Below, piece after piece: positions 29,690 to 43,462 of a stretch of DNA of 64,000 bases. The translations under genes were made by a program, and so were the position numbers. Source of the DNA: Eledone cirrhosa (taxonomy: Eukaryota); NCBI GenBank assembly GCA_964016885.1, contig OZ024740.1:158162001-158226000 (forward strand), given 5' to 3'. The stretch's first letter is position 1. Each line of letters starts with the position of its first letter. Below the pieces are notes generated by a model that did not search any database, was not told where the DNA came from, and worked only from the letters and a program-made list of their open reading frames with translations.

Positions 29690-32600
29690 CTACAGGCTTA
29701 TATAGAGAGAAGGCCCAACCACTCGGGCCATCTTTGCCACATTCACCCACCTTTTATAAAATTTGCTGGGGTACAGCACCTCTCTCTCCATCCTGATTCT
29801 TCTTCCAAAATGATATTTGAAAAAACGAATCGATTGTTCGCCGGAGAGAAAGGTGTCTGACCTCAGCCCTTTTAACCTCGTCCACCATATAACCTCTTTC
29901 ACCATAGCCATAACACATAGGAAAACCGTCTCTCTTTCGTTTTTGAAGGAGGGTGGCGGTTTTATCATGACAATGGACTCGGTGGTCAACTGGATTGGTC
30001 CCACCCGCGACAATAGTCGTTCTACATAGCTCCACAGGTCGGTGACGCCCGGGCAGTGTACAAATGCGTGTGCGACGGTTTCCTCGTCGCGCACGCATCT
30101 CGGACAGATCTTTTTCTAAGGGTCCCTGCCCAAGCGCCCGTGTCCGTAGAGCTTGTCTCGAACTTGTAGAGCTCCTCGGTAGTACTGCCAGGCCAGGGAC
30201 TTTTCGAAGTTGTCCATCGGTCCCGGGCGGAAGGTCCTACCGAACAGACTAGCCAGTTCGTCCTCCTCTACGCCCAGAGTTTCTCCGAGCTTGTCGTCGC
30301 ACTTGCTGCGGACCAACCCTCTATAGAATGTCAAAGTGGAGTCTTCACTGATCGCCTGGTCCGTTTGCCAGAGGACTGTGAGCGCCTGAGCACATCCGAT
30401 GTGTCAGTCGCCCATTTTCCTCGGTCTTTGCTTGACCCAGGACTGCAGCTCGGTCAGCGAGACGAGTCGTTGGAAGGCTCGCCTCACGAACGGGGCCCAC
30501 ACAGGTTGTCCGGTGAGGAATGCGTGGAGGTGCTGCAGGCTGGGCGTGTGTTTGCGCATCGTCAGACACGACATCCGCAGCCCTCCGTTTGAAGGGTGTT
30601 GGCAGCAGATGGATCTTCTCACCAAAGGAGCCCGTTTCTTCCAAAGGAATTGGAAGAGCGCGCGCTCCATTTTGTGTGAGCGTTTTGGCTGGACAAGGCA
30701 CGACGGTCAAGCGGTAGTAGATGACGGACGTTATGAAAGTGTCCGCCACCTCCGCTCGACCTTTCAAGGATAATTTGCACACAGCCCACTTCTGGGTGAG
30801 CGCAAACACCTTGGCCGTCACCTCGTTCCAATTCTTCTCCACCTGGAGGTCCGGACCAAACCAGACCCCGAGCTGCTTTACCGGTCCTTCCATCCAGCAT
30901 CCGACGACGCCATCGGAAGGCATCGGTTTGCCTCTCCACGTTCCGAGTTGCAAACCGACGGATTTGTCCCGGTTCAGCTTCGCTCCTGTGAATCTTTCGT
31001 ATTCCTTCAGTAAGGTGCCGACCTCCCCGATTTGCGAGGTGCTCGAAACCATTACTGTCAAGTCGTCGGCGTAGGCCGACGCCGCTTTTCGCAGTCCTGG
31101 TTCAAAAGGGATGCCCTGCAATAGCTCTAACCTCCGCAGTAGTGGTTCGAGAGTCAGTACGTACAGAAGGGAGGAGAGAGGGCATCCCTGTCGGATGGAT
31201 CGCGTGATATGGAACGGCTCCGAGAGGTAGCCGTTCACCTTGACCCTTGAGCAGATATTGCTGCTGTGCATTGCAGCAATCCAGCCCCTGAACCTCCAGG
31301 AGACCGGAGAACAAGTCCGGCATTGCTATGTAAAATTCGTAGGGTAGACCTTCGAGACCTGGAGATTTGCGTTTGCCGCATTGGCTCAGCCCGTCCCCTA
31401 TCTCAGCGGCCGAAATCGGCCTTTCGCAGAACTTCGCCTCGCTGTGCCAGAGTCGCAGCATGCCGTCGAGGTATGGACTGAAATACATAGCCCCTCCCGG
31501 CGCGCCGCCCTGCCCGAACAGTTGAGCAAAGTGCCGCAGAAAGGCGGCGCACATCTGCTTCGGCTCACGTATCACGCGTCCGTCTTGGTCCTTCAAAGAC
31601 CGAATCGTGGATTTCTTGCCACTTTTCGCCACCGTCACTCGGGCCCAGCTAACAGCTTTGGCTCCTTCGTTTCCCAGAGCACGTATTTTTCCTCTGACAA
31701 CGCAGCCCTCGTGCTTTGCGTCGAAGAACTGGTCCAAGGCCGTTCTCGTTGCTAGCACGCTGGCTACGTTGCCACTCCTAATTGCCTTTTCTACTTTATC
31801 TACCAATTCCTTTTCGGTCTTATTTCTATGTAACACTAATTCTTTACTAAAACCTATCGAGTCTAATCTAACTGCCCTCTTGAGAGAGTACCACCATCTG
31901 TTGTTGACAATGGACCCCGTCAAGTGCGGCTTAACTAAAGTGCTAATCCGTCTATGTAGGCTTTGCATGTCGGTAACGACACGTTCAGCTTCCAGTAGCC
32001 GCGTCCCTGTCTATGGGTTCTATCAAGGTAGACTAAGCAGGTCACTAGTTTGTGATCTGAATAAGCAACCATGAACATTTGTGGACAGCTTAACATGTCC
32101 CTATCACTAACTCTAACTAGAAACCTATCTAGGTACGATCTAGATGTTCCGCTATGGTTGGTCCACATCCAGTGTGGCCTTTTGAAAAATCTAGTTGATA
32201 TCTATCAGCCAGTTGATTAACTGTTTGAGGCTGTTACACCTCCCTCTATCGGGACATGCTCCCACATAGTCCCAACGTGCATCTAGGATTCCATTCCAGT
32301 CCCCCACTAATAGCACGGAGCGGGACGTTCCCAGAAAAGTCTCTAGACGTTTGAAGACGTCTGGCCGCGGTGTCCCGGATGGGCATATGCAGCCACCAGC
32401 CTGAAGGCTCCACCTTCACTACCGTCAACGTCTAGGACCACCAGTCGACCCTCCGGGTCCAGATGTACCGTCTGTGTTACGTGTCCAGGTGTTTCCGCAG
32501 CAAAACGGCAACCCCGCCCCCACCTCCCGGCTGCCAAAGGGATGCGTAGATCTCAAAGTCGTCGAAGATGGGGGCCAATTGTCGCTCGCTGTGGATCCTG

Positions 32601-32719
32601 AACTCGCAAATGGCTACTACATCCATACTGTGCGACCTGAGGTCGTTTAAGAGTTTGCCCTGTTTCCAGGGCAACCCCAGGCCGCGTACATTCACACATC
32701 CAACTCTTATATTGGCCAT
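29690..32719 (-). pseudogene. Tx1-type ORF2 (APE + RT + C-terminal Zn-finger region), frameshifted
   Basis: ORF pieces 32477-32719, 31935-32168, 31102-31968, 30345-31271, 30116-30334, 29690-30094 are colinear with ORF2 at 50981-54309. Confidence 0.9.
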
Positions 32720-32759
32720 GTTGGTGCTGAAAAGTTAAAAGAAGAGGAAAAGAAATCAC

Positions 32760-34270
32760 TCACCTCTTCGTCTCCTGGGGACCAGGCTGCACAATTTCCA
32801 TGCGGGTGTTGGAGGGGTTCTTTAGGGGGGTTCTGGCGAGGGTGGGAGATGTTTGGTGGGGAGGGGGTGTCTGGTGGGATGGGGGTGTCTGGGTGGGGTG
32901 GGGAAACATTTTAAAAGGACGCGGTTAATGGGTTTAACGCAAGGATTAGCCACATCCTTAGGAAAGTTTTTCTTTAAAGACTTATAGGTGTCCGTAGAGA
33001 CCCTAATTCTCTTTAAATTGGGTCTGTCTACACAGTTCGAAAAAGTTTTCCCTTCGGTGAAAACCGAAGGGTCGTTGGAGATGGCCTCCATTACGGTTTT
33101 GTTTTCACTGTTTATGTATGTGTAATGTTCTTGTTGTGTTGTGTTGGTTTTTGTCTGTTGTTCTTGTGTGTGTTTTCGTTTTGATGTAGGTGTTTGCGTT
33201 TGGAGTGATGTCGTGGTTTTGTTTTCAGGAGGGGGGATTTTTGTTTGTAATGTTTGTGTTGTTTGTGTTGGTGGTTGTGTGTTTGTTGCCTTTTTGTTCG
33301 TGTTATGTCTTTTTTTTTCCTTTTGGAGAGGAGGGGTTCTCCCTCATCATCACTGAGTGATGATGAGGGGGCCTCGTCCGTTGTGGTGTCTGTGTGATTG
33401 AGGAGGGGTACGTTTTGGCGAGCTGTTGTGCTTGTGGGTGTTTTTGGAGTTGTTTTAGGTGGGGAGGGGTTGGGTGGGACTGTGTTTGCGGTTTGATATG
33501 TTTTGGTTATTTTTGTGTGTTGTTGCGGTAGTGGTTGTGTTGTTGTGTTGGGTGTCGGCAGTAGTGCCTTTTTTATCGCAGTTAATTGAGGACAGGAAGC
33601 CCTCAGGTGACCACTGCTTAAACAGTGGTAACATGAAGGCCGCCTACTCTCAACAGAAATGTTTATGTAGGAAACTCCATCCAGAGGCACACGTTGTGGG
33701 ATTCTAGCTATTCATTCTGGCCTCATTAGGACCAGAACTTCTAAGCTAGTACCGTTAAATATACTCCTGGAGGACTTTCCTATCGAAATTATTGTGTCTT
33801 CATCAAAGTTGATAAAGCCACTCAATATCCACCAGATATTTACATTTGGTGTGATACTCGTTACCCTTATTTTTAGGGTCCCTTTTCTCATATATGTGGG
33901 GGAAAAGGTGTAGAGGGGGACACACAATTGGCGACACAGAATATTGGTCTTTCATTATTACCGATAAACTCCCGAAGAGTTTTCCCTTCTGTATGAAGGT
34001 AATGTCATTCATGGAGTTTCTTAGAACCTGCTCAATTTCGTTTTGAGTTAATTGAGCTGGTTTTCTGGTGGTATTTGAGATTGTCCTAAAAACTATAGTT
34101 TTCAGGACAGTGTCTCTACGCAATTCTTGGGGAGAAGTGATGCTAAAAGCGCCATTCTCCCCAAAAGTTATGTATTGCTTGGCATCTCTTAGCAATTTTC
34201 CGGCATTAGAGATGTCAATCTGTATATATAGTTCCGTCTTTTGGACAGTTCGTGCGAACGAAATTGTTTT
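32760..34270 (-). pseudogene. Tx1-type ORF1 (gag-like, single CCHC), frameshifted
   Basis: Pieces 33803-34327, 33712-33927, 33112-33690, 32822-33091 are homologous to ORF1 at 48967. Confidence 0.85.
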
Positions 34271-34588
34271 TTTTTTTTCTTTTTTTTTCTGATAGATAGA
34301 TAGATAGATAAGCAGGCAAATAGTCATCTAGTTACAGTGCCAGATAGATATAGCTAGCTAAATAGTTAGATAGATACAGAAAAAAATACTATTAAATTAT
34401 CCCAAATAAAAATTGATATTCAAAAAGCAGTTGTTAATAAAGTTTTACTAAATAATATTTTCTCGGTTATCAGCCTTAGCTTTCAAAGATAATAGACATC
34501 GAAAAAGGTAAAGGGCCTTAATTCTTGACAGAGTTATTGAAGCACCGTCCTGAGACAAGGCTTATATTGAGCATTCTACTGTTAGAGG

Positions 34589-34885
34589 CAAGGGCCTTGT
34601 TTCAGGGGTTTACCAGGGGACAAGTCCCCCCCCCCCTCACCTTCTTTTTCAGGAAACTGAACAAACTATCTTTTGTTTTTTGTTTATTTGATATAATAAA
34701 TTCTTTTAAAGCTTATTTTTTTTATATCTGAAATTCATTTGAATATATAAAATTTAATAAGCGTAAAATGTTACTTATGTGATAGGGTCCGGGAAAGGCA
34801 CCATAAGCAATACTAACATGCTCCTTTAAGAATCAACAAATGTTGGTTTGTCTCCCTCACATTTTTAAGGTAAACGAGGCCCCTG
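34589..34885. mobile_element. Old MITE (hAT-like TIRs)
   Basis: CAAGGGCCTTGTTT / AAACGAGGCCCCTG; 8-bp flanks match only 5 of 8. Confidence 0.5.
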
Positions 34886-35128
34886 GGTGGAGATGCCCAT
34901 TTCTGTCCAGATCGGAACACAGCTGATTTCTTCCAGAGAACGAAATAGTATCGACCCCAGTACTGGTATTTCATGTATCGAAGTCGGAAGGAGGAAAGAT
35001 ATATTGACCTCTACAGGAATTGAACTCAAATCGCAGTGAGCCGGAGCAAATATGGAGAGATTTTTAATTCAACACCCCTAACGACTTTCTGTGCCTACTA
35101 AACTTTGACGATCTTTATAACAGTAAGA

Positions 35129-35295
35129 TAATTGTTTCTACTTTAGGCACAAGGCCAGCAATTACCCAGTACATTACTGGTACTTTATTTTATCGATCCC
35201 GTAAGGATGAAAGGCAAAGTCAACCTCGGCGGGATTTGAACTCAGATCGTAAAGGGATGCGTCCGACCCTCCACCGATACTGCCAATCCACCGCC
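35129..35295 (-). mobile_element. tRNA-derived SINE with 17-bp TSD
   Basis: TATAACAGTAAGATAAT at 35116-35132 and 35298-35314. Confidence 0.9.
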
Positions 35296-36997
35296 AATAT
35301 AACAGTAAGATAATGTTGCCTCACAAGAAAACAAATTTCTTAACCTCTCACTCCACACACTCAAACCTGATCAAGTTACTCTCTTCAATTTCAGCATAAA
35401 CTTCCACCTAAAACGACCAAAATATTAAGTGTTGGATTCAAATTACTTTATCGGTCTCTTTAATTACTCTGTCACTCTCTCGAAACTCATAGGGATAAAA
35501 ATATACTAAACATTGGCGACAAGCTGCAAGACTTATTCAGGTGTGAAAGCAATAAAAAGAGGTAGAAAAAGTAAAGAGAACAACAAAAATAAACACAACT
35601 CATATGACAAACAAGCTCTAGGATCTGGAAAATAACGATAAAATTATATGTAAGCGTGATAAGAGTAATCTGTTTGTTATTATAAACAAAGACGGGTGCA
35701 TTACAAAAGTAAACAGTACACTATTTGATAACAGCATATTCATCAAAATTAAAGAAAACAACACTGCATAGACAAAAGTGTTTCTCACTAAACTAAATAC
35801 TAGTTTATCCTTGCATATATTTATGATACTGTAATGACTCTCAAACACAATAACCTTCACCAGCTGACAGAATCGCTAAACAACTAGATAAAATCCTGAA
35901 AAAAATATACACCATGGATATAGTATATGCTTATCGAACGAAATACTAGAAATTTTACAAGAAATTGACTAAGTTGGCAACATTTCCCCTATGAGTGTAC
36001 AACGTCTATTTAGTAGTGTTACTGAAAGGGCACAATACGAGACAAGTCGTATTATAAACCCCCTAATGTGATTAGAAAGTTCCTGCTGGTCCACATGATT
36101 GTGTTTCCCTTTCCGTTGCCCAGAAGGTAATCTATATACTTAGTTTGAGGAGTGGACATTGGTTCAAGAACAGACAGTAGATTTATTACGGAAAATAATT
36201 CCACCATCAAATTGACTATTTAATGTAGAATCAAATTGACTATTTAATGTAGATCTAGCATGAATTCAGACTACAACACCATCACTACATAATCAGATAT
36301 AATAGTAGGATTAGAAACACAGAGGTGCCTATATATATATATACGGATATAGTGAATATATTCATAGATATAAAATGTCTGCAGTCAATTGCCTACTAAA
36401 GAAACCTCACAAAGGAAAATACATGTATCACACCTAACTATAACTAAAAAATACCATGATTGTAAACCTTCTTCTCAACGTGACACAACCAAATGGCAAG
36501 CCATAAAACGTATTTCAAAGGATCAATGTACATACTTTTAAATTTCAATGTAAAACATGTAAGTTGTATAAGTGAAAACAATAGGGTCGAATAGTTAAGG
36601 AGTTCGCTTCACAATCATTGGGTCTCTATGTGGCATCTTGTTTCATGAGTGGGCTGTTCCGTTCATCGAACAACTGGTCGGTTCATTTCTCTCATCCTAA
36701 TTTGTAAACTTCATGGCTCAACTTCATGGCTCAACTTGTTAAATTTGGCATACATGCACGGCAGACTATGTATTTACAAGGAACTAATTCACATTGTATT
36801 GTTCGGTCTGGGACATTTGTAGGATCAAATGGGTTACACAACTTTGATTTATCATTTCACGTTCACCCTATAATTGATATACAGTAGTTAATTTCGTCAC
36901 CCTAATATATTTCAGTGTACTTTGACTTCCGACTGACTCTGATTAAAACATGGGACATTTTACCAATGTTAGAAATCTTTATTATTTTACCTATGAC

Positions 36998-37435
36998 AGG
37001 GCGGTGGGTTGGCAGCATCAGTTGAGCGTCGGACACCATATTTTGTAGCATAGGCCCTTTACGTTCTGTTTTCAAATCCCGCCGAGTTTAGCTTTGTCTT
37101 TCATCCTTACAGGGTCGATAAAATGAAGCACCAGTAATGCACTGGGATCGATTCAATCGATTTTCCTCTCATTGCTGACTTTGTGCCTAAAGTAGAAATC
37201 ATTATGACAAGGGTGGTGAATTGGCAGAATTGTTACAGCATCGGACACAATATTCTGTGATATATAGTTACTGCTCTTAACGCCCAAATTTCAAATCTAG
37301 CCGAAGTTGACTTCACCTTTTATCTTTCCGTGATCAGTAAAATGGGTAACAGTACATTACTGGTATCAATATGATCGACCGTTTTTCTCTCCCATCCATC
37401 AAACTATCTGCTCTTGTGTTTACGCTTGGAATCAC
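36998..37435 (+). mobile_element. Two tandem SINE copies (second more decayed)
   Basis: Heads at 36998 and 37210; central and tail motifs present. Confidence 0.8.
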
Positions 37436-37787
37436 TATACGACTCTGCGAAGAAGCCTGTTTACGTCTTCACACATTCCCAGTAGGAATATCGTCTTTAT
37501 TTCTTCCAGACATTTTATTAACTTCAATTAATTTTTCCGGCGATGAGTCATCAGTATTAAATAAGCAATATTATCCCAACTTAATTAATAGTAATTAATA
37601 TTACGCTTTTATTATCTAATTTTCAGTTAAGATTGTGAGTTATTGATATAAACATTAAGATATTAGTCTATTAAGAATTTTGTTTACAGATATAAAATAT
37701 TCAGAATTAACTATTTAGAATTAACTATATAATGGTGATTCAGAAGAATATAATGATGGTTTAGAAGAATACAATTATGTTTTAAAA

Positions 37788-38142
37788 CAGAGGCTCTCAA
37801 ATTTTTTTGACCACCGCCCTTCTCACGGCAACGTAATACCCTCAGCATCCCCATCCCCATTTTCAGAGCGACCTACCTACACACCAATTGTAAATAATAT
37901 ATAATAAATAAAATTATTAATTTATATATAATAAACAATATAATATAAGTATACAATAAACAATATAATATATACTATGTTTAATATATTTTTTTAAATT
38001 TTACTATATTTATATATAATAAGTATCATTTGATATTTAATATAATATTATATCATCTCTACTGGCCTCCTTAAGCCCCCCCCCCCTCCCTTATCCCCCC
38101 CCCCCCGAGGGCGGGCGATAGCACCCACTTTGAGAACCTCTG
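37788..38142. mobile_element. hAT (Charlie-like) MITE
   Basis: TIR CAGAGGCTCTCAAA / TTTGAGAACCTCTG; 8-bp TSD TTTTAAAA/TTTTAATA. Confidence 0.8.
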
Positions 38143-38384
38143 TTTTAATACGTCGCCTAATTTATCACCGACTCGAGTGTATTTGTCGGTGCCCACTCTA
38201 TGATAAGCATTCTCCAGTCTGATGATTACTTGATAACTTGATACACGGCTTCCGGCTGTATCAATAACATACGTGCCGTGGTTTGCACACGAGAAGTGAG
38301 ATACAAACAAATAGGCCTCACGATTACCGAGGATCTCCCGTGGCAAACACACACAGTTAATATTGTTAAGATCGCACTTCAAAG

Positions 38385-38870
38385 ACTGGACCTTCTCTTC
38401 AAGTCAGAAAATATTTCAGCCCTCCACAATTAAGGATACTCTACAAACCTCAAATGCGACCTATACTGAAGTACTTAGCCCATGTCTGAAATGGTGCAGC
38501 TGTTCCTCACACTGGCATAGTAGACCACAACCAGATCAGCTAATCGGCATAATGACACTAGCTAGGCTCTCCCTTTTCTAACGTTACTATAATGATCTCT
38601 GTAACTCAGCACTTGCTGGTCTAATGCGATCTCCCCACTCAAGATTCCTGACTCATTCACCTCTCCTCCTCTTATTACACACGCTAGTTACACCACCGCC
38701 CGGGTCCCACATTAATCACTACGCTCAGTCCTTTCTGCTGATAGCGTCGGTCCTTTGGAACACTTTCTGTTCATATCTTTTCTAAAAGAAGTAGAATTGT
38801 AACAATTTCAATGGAACATTACCAACATCGACTTATCCAGTTTCAAAAGACATATGAAGACCATGTGCGC
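38385..38870 (+). pseudogene. Decayed 3' part of a CR1/Jockey-like LINE
   Basis: LYKPQMRPILKYLAHV resembles the LYKxxIRPxLEYxxxVW RT-thumb motif. Confidence 0.5.
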
Positions 38871-39192
38871 TGCAACTTCTCCCAGCCCTATCAAATAAAG
38901 AACCGAATGTATTGTGTGCTCATGCTGTATGGCAGCAGTCGACTACGATACAATAATTATCTTTCAGTTTTCCAAAATGCACATTATTTTTAATTTAAAA
39001 GGTATATTTGAGTTGTTTATTTAAAAAGGGAATGTATGATAGAAATGAATTAAAGTAAACTACCTTAAGAATGTATAAAATTAACAAACACATATAAGGC
39101 TTAGTCTATCTATATATTTACCAGATTTAAATTATTTGGCAACCGCAGTTTCTAACACAAAGTGAGGGGAGGAAATGCTGGTCTGTAAGAAA

Positions 39193-39411
39193 TAATTGTT
39201 TCTTATATAGGCTCAAGACCAGCAAACTTAGGGCAGGGCAAAGTCGATTAAATCGACCCAGTGCGTGACTGGTACTTTACTTCATCGACTCCGGTAGGAT
39301 GAAAGGCAAAGTTAACCTCGTTGGGATTTGAACTCAGACCGTAAAGGGCCGTAACTCTATGCTGCACAGAATGGTATCCGACTCTCTACCGATACTGCCA
39401 ATCCCCCGCCC
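39193..39411 (-). mobile_element. tRNA-derived SINE (long variant) with 18-bp TSD
   Basis: TGGTCTGTAAGAAATAAT at 39179-39196 and 39413-39430. Confidence 0.9.
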
Positions 39412-39698
39412 TTGGTCTGTAAGAAATAATAAGCAAGAGGGGCTATCTTACAATTTTATTTTAATATTAAGAAATGCGAGAATACCTCAACAGGTCCACC
39501 GAAATATAAAGAATTGAAGCAATGCTTCTTTCTCATATTTTTTGTAGACGCGGAAATTAAAATCTGTCCTTACTTTGGAAAATTTGAAATTTGATTTATT
39601 TGAAATCGGGGTGGGGAGGGCTCCCATCCTCCTCCAGAAAGTGAGTGAATGCAGTTCCCACAATAAAACACTATATATATATATATAAACAGGGCATG

Positions 39699-39744
<46 letters not shown>

Positions 39745-39987
39745 TTCTATGTTGTTTACTTGTCCCCCTCGCTTTACGCGAATTCTGGTCCCAATAACAT
39801 ATTTTAGTTATTGCTCGCACCAACCTGAGATATCTGATTTTTAATGCGATGAAATACCAATGATGGTTGGAAAATCACTGACGAAGGACTATTTTTATCA
39901 TATGTAACCCATGTGCAAACCACGCAGTATTCTTCTTTCTTCTCATGCTTTATATATATATATATATATATACACATCAACAGTATC

Positions 39988-40063
<76 letters not shown>

Positions 40064-40066
<3 letters not shown>

Positions 40067-40285
40067 AACCAAAATTAAATTAAGGATGTCATGTCTGAGA
40101 GACATGTGCCATAACCTCTGTAGAGGTTGAATAGATCCGAGCATTTATATCTACTAGAAATCGATTGACATATATATATATTTATAAAATAAACATATGA
40201 AACAATCACAGGGGATAATTTGTAAAGAGTGCAAACACTCACATGTCTCTCAGACATGACATCCTCAATTTAATTTTGGTTATAT
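40064..40285. repeat. Inverted repeat (~45-bp arms) next to (TA)n
   Basis: TATAACCAAAATTAAATTAAGGATGTCATGTCTGAGAGACATGTG and its near reverse complement. Confidence 0.85.
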
Positions 40286-40463
40286 ATACGGTTCCTTAAT
40301 TGTAGAGCTAACTCAGTTGAAAGGACTTGGCTGCTATTTCAAGCTGTCGATAATCCTATTCACGCCACTGGGATGACGTACGATGTGTGTATTTAAAAAA
40401 AAACGTAGCACAAGCTTCTCGCCATTCACAGATTTGCATTTGCTGTGTAAACACAGATAGTTA

Positions 40464-40561
40464 AATCTCCTTTGCTGACGATCCGGGATTTGACTACTGT
40501 GATTTAACGATTGTTGGTGAAATATATTTCTTTATTTAATGAAATATATACAAAGGAGATT
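40464..40561 (+). ncRNA. Hammerhead ribozyme with disrupted stem II
   Basis: 11-bp stem I AATCTCCTTTG/CAAAGGAGATT, CTGACGA, GAAATATATA; GAAATATAT duplicated around a short insert. Confidence 0.7.
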
Positions 40562-40694
40562 AATCATTTTAAAAGGTATCTATATTTGAAGTTCTCGTTA
40601 AACTTTAATTAGTTACCTACCTAGCTGTGTGTGCATACACTCTTTACAAATTATCCTGTTTATTATATATATATATATGTTTATTATATATATA

Positions 40695-40807
40695 TAATTG
40701 TTTCTACTTTTGGCACAAGACCAGCAATTATCCCAGTGCATTACTGGTACTTTATTTTATCGACCCCGTAAGGATGAAAGGCAAAGTTAACCTCGGCGGG
40801 ATTTGAG
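40695..40807 (-). mobile_element. 5'-truncated SINE
   Basis: Central domain and tail on the minus strand. Confidence 0.85.
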
Positions 40808-41828
40808 GTTTACTTTGCCTTTATTATATATATAAAATAAACTGGTCCGTGGTTAGAAAGGTTCCCCCAGGCAGAGGCGGGTCTGGTATTTGCAACCTCT
40901 GTCTTAGTGAGACACTCGAGATACTTCATGGCGGAACCAAGCTATTAAACAGAAGGGCCGACTTATTCGGTGCCTGCAGACACCTAAGGACGGGAACTTT
41001 CCTCAAGCTATATGGATAAACCCCGGTTAAGACCTCCCACAACGCCCACCCCCCTGTAGGTCCCCTACACCACGTACCAATGACCAATGGACAACAACAA
41101 CCACCCATAGTTTGTGGTCCCTATGGTGGATGGTCCACCGGATCCTCTACTGGTTAGGAGTCATCAAAACCACGTTTTATTGAACCTGATTTTATATATA
41201 TATATATACACACCTGTATGGATTTGTGTGTGTAGATGTGTGTGTTTCTGAGGGGGTAGGTGTGAGTGTATGTACAAGTCAACCAACATAAGCCTTTTAA
41301 TTTTAAATTTTCTAAACTATCTAATTACTTGACTCTAACCATTATTTAAATATTACCACCCCACATTAATTCCTCAATTTGTATGTGTGGATGTGTGTGT
41401 GTGTCTGTGGAGGTGGGTGTGAGTGTACGTGCAAGCCAACCTACATTAGTCTTTTTATTTGTAAATTTTCTACTCTAACCATAATTTTCAGTAGCACCAC
41501 TCCACATAAATTCCTCAATTTAAGAATGACCTGTAGTATCTATTTCATACTATTAACCCTAATTGAATATATATCTGACCAGGAATGCTTTTTTGTGAAA
41601 ATCAGTCATATAGAACTATTGTCATCTTGCCTGACGGTTTGAACTTTACAACACCACCTGCCTCTTTGAGGTCAAATATCAACCCTACTAGCACCTACAA
41701 ACTGACCAATGAGAATTAAGACTATTCCTGCTGACAACATTAAATTATTCCTAACAAGCTCATATGTCCCAAGGCTGTGATACCATCAACACTATAAACA
41801 CAGAGCTGGCATATCTAAGAACTGACTA

Positions 41829-41884
41829 ACTGCCTGATGAGGTCATTGCCATTCAAAGGCTATCATCGAAATATATATAGCAGT
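41829..41884 (+). ncRNA. Minimal type I hammerhead ribozyme
   Basis: ACTGC-CTGATGA-GGTCATTGCC-ATTCAAA-GGCTATCATC-GAAA-TATATA-TA-GCAGT. Confidence 0.85.
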
Positions 41885-41961
41885 AAATAAAGGATAATGA
41901 GTTTATGCAATTGACTTATGTTTCGTAACTATATATATATATATGTCAATCGATTTTTAGT

Positions 41962-42003
<42 letters not shown>

Positions 42004-43120
42004 TTTAGGCGGACACCCTGCATATATGCGTAAATAAGACCGTTATTGCTCCACAAAACACTGAGCAAACATCCTAAACCGAGCGCAAAACTTCATTCAA
42101 GACTCTTGCTAAAATAACCCACAAACCACCCTCCCAATTTGGCAAACCGAACGCAGACAACCCACCTTTCCAAACTCGGCAAACCGAACATAGTTTGAGG
42201 TGCCCCTCTCCAATTTTTCATTCTCAGGGGTACTGTAGCCGATTTTCTCAACTTTTATTTATGGTGATCGACTATTACTATGGTAATTTAGCGTGTGTGT
42301 GTGTAAGATTCTATTGCTTTAAATATTCCTCGCGAGTGAATTATGAAACTGTATTCGAAACGTAGAGATTGAACATATAAATACAAATAAAAGACATATA
42401 GAAGGTGGATTGAGGTGGTTGGAATAGGAGGTGTTGAAAAAGAAAAGGAAATTAATTTGCACAGCATTGTGTATAGCCGGAAGGGTTAGTTTGAAATGGT
42501 GCACAGGGGGAAGATAATATTGAACGATTCTAAGGTATTATTTTAAATTATTATTTCAATTTACAATTAAAGCGACGCAATTAATAAACGCAACATGAGC
42601 AATTTGTCAAAGCATTTTAAAATTTCGTAATGTAAAGAAATTAATATTAACTTGACTTTCATACATATAGAAAGATTTGACAATGTATTACAGTTTAAAG
42701 AAATGTTATTTAAGAAACCTTTGAAAAAATATCTATTCTGTGAGAGAATAAACTTAAACCATATAATTATTATATATGAAAAGAAGACTGAATAAATTCC
42801 TGCAATGATACTTTCTTCAACAGCGATTTGGTGAATTCTGTGTCAGATCCAAACTTTGTTGCCTAACAACCTGAAGATAGTAAACTGTCAAAGTACTGGT
42901 AGGTTTCCAATAGTTTTATCGACGCACCAAAAGGGATGGAAAAATCAACTCCTAACTTTATCCCTGTCATCTGAACGGAGATGACGATACACAAGAGCGA
43001 GCAATGCAAGTCGGATTGACTCTTTCAGTTCATCATCCGGGGTAACGTATTAGCTATTCTGTCCATGGGCACTATGAGGCAGCAGCCATCTGACGTTTTG
43101 CAAAGGGCATGAGATTATAG

Positions 43121-43192
<72 letters not shown>

Positions 43193-43350
43193 TAAATATA
43201 CACGGGTGTGCATGATTGTGTATAGAAGATTATATTAATAAGAGGAATTCCAACTTTGTCTGATTTACTCGTTTTATTTACAATCCTTTAAAATTTATAA
43301 TGGTATTATAATGAAATAGTATGGTAGAATATTAAATGTTAAGTGTTAAT

Positions 43351-43389
43351 TGAACAAGTACTTTCATGTTTTCGCAATCTTCAGGTTCA
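43351..43389 (-). ncRNA. Minimal hammerhead ribozyme (mirror copy)
   Basis: Exact reverse complement of 43463-43501. Confidence 0.75.
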
Positions 43390-43462
43390 TATTCTGTGGT
43401 GACAGTCAAGTTTGCAATTTTCAACAGTTGAAAATTGCAAACTTGACTGTCACCACAGAATA

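Larger units (their letters stand above)
29476..34290 (-). mobile_element. L1/Tx1-type LINE, decayed, flanked by (TATC)n
   Basis: ORF1 knuckle CYHCLSSGHLRASC, APE (NVRGL, GDWN, SYLDR, SDH), RT (RQGCPLS, YADD), 3' end CCCTTGTGGCTAATAAAGAAA-(TATC)n. Confidence 0.92.

Noticed and set aside
40845-41190. GC-rich segment with a GGTTCC/GGAACC stem and CTAA, considered as an HDV-like ribozyme
   Set aside because: Could not build the P1/P3/P1.1 nested pseudoknot; probably a LINE 5' UTR remnant
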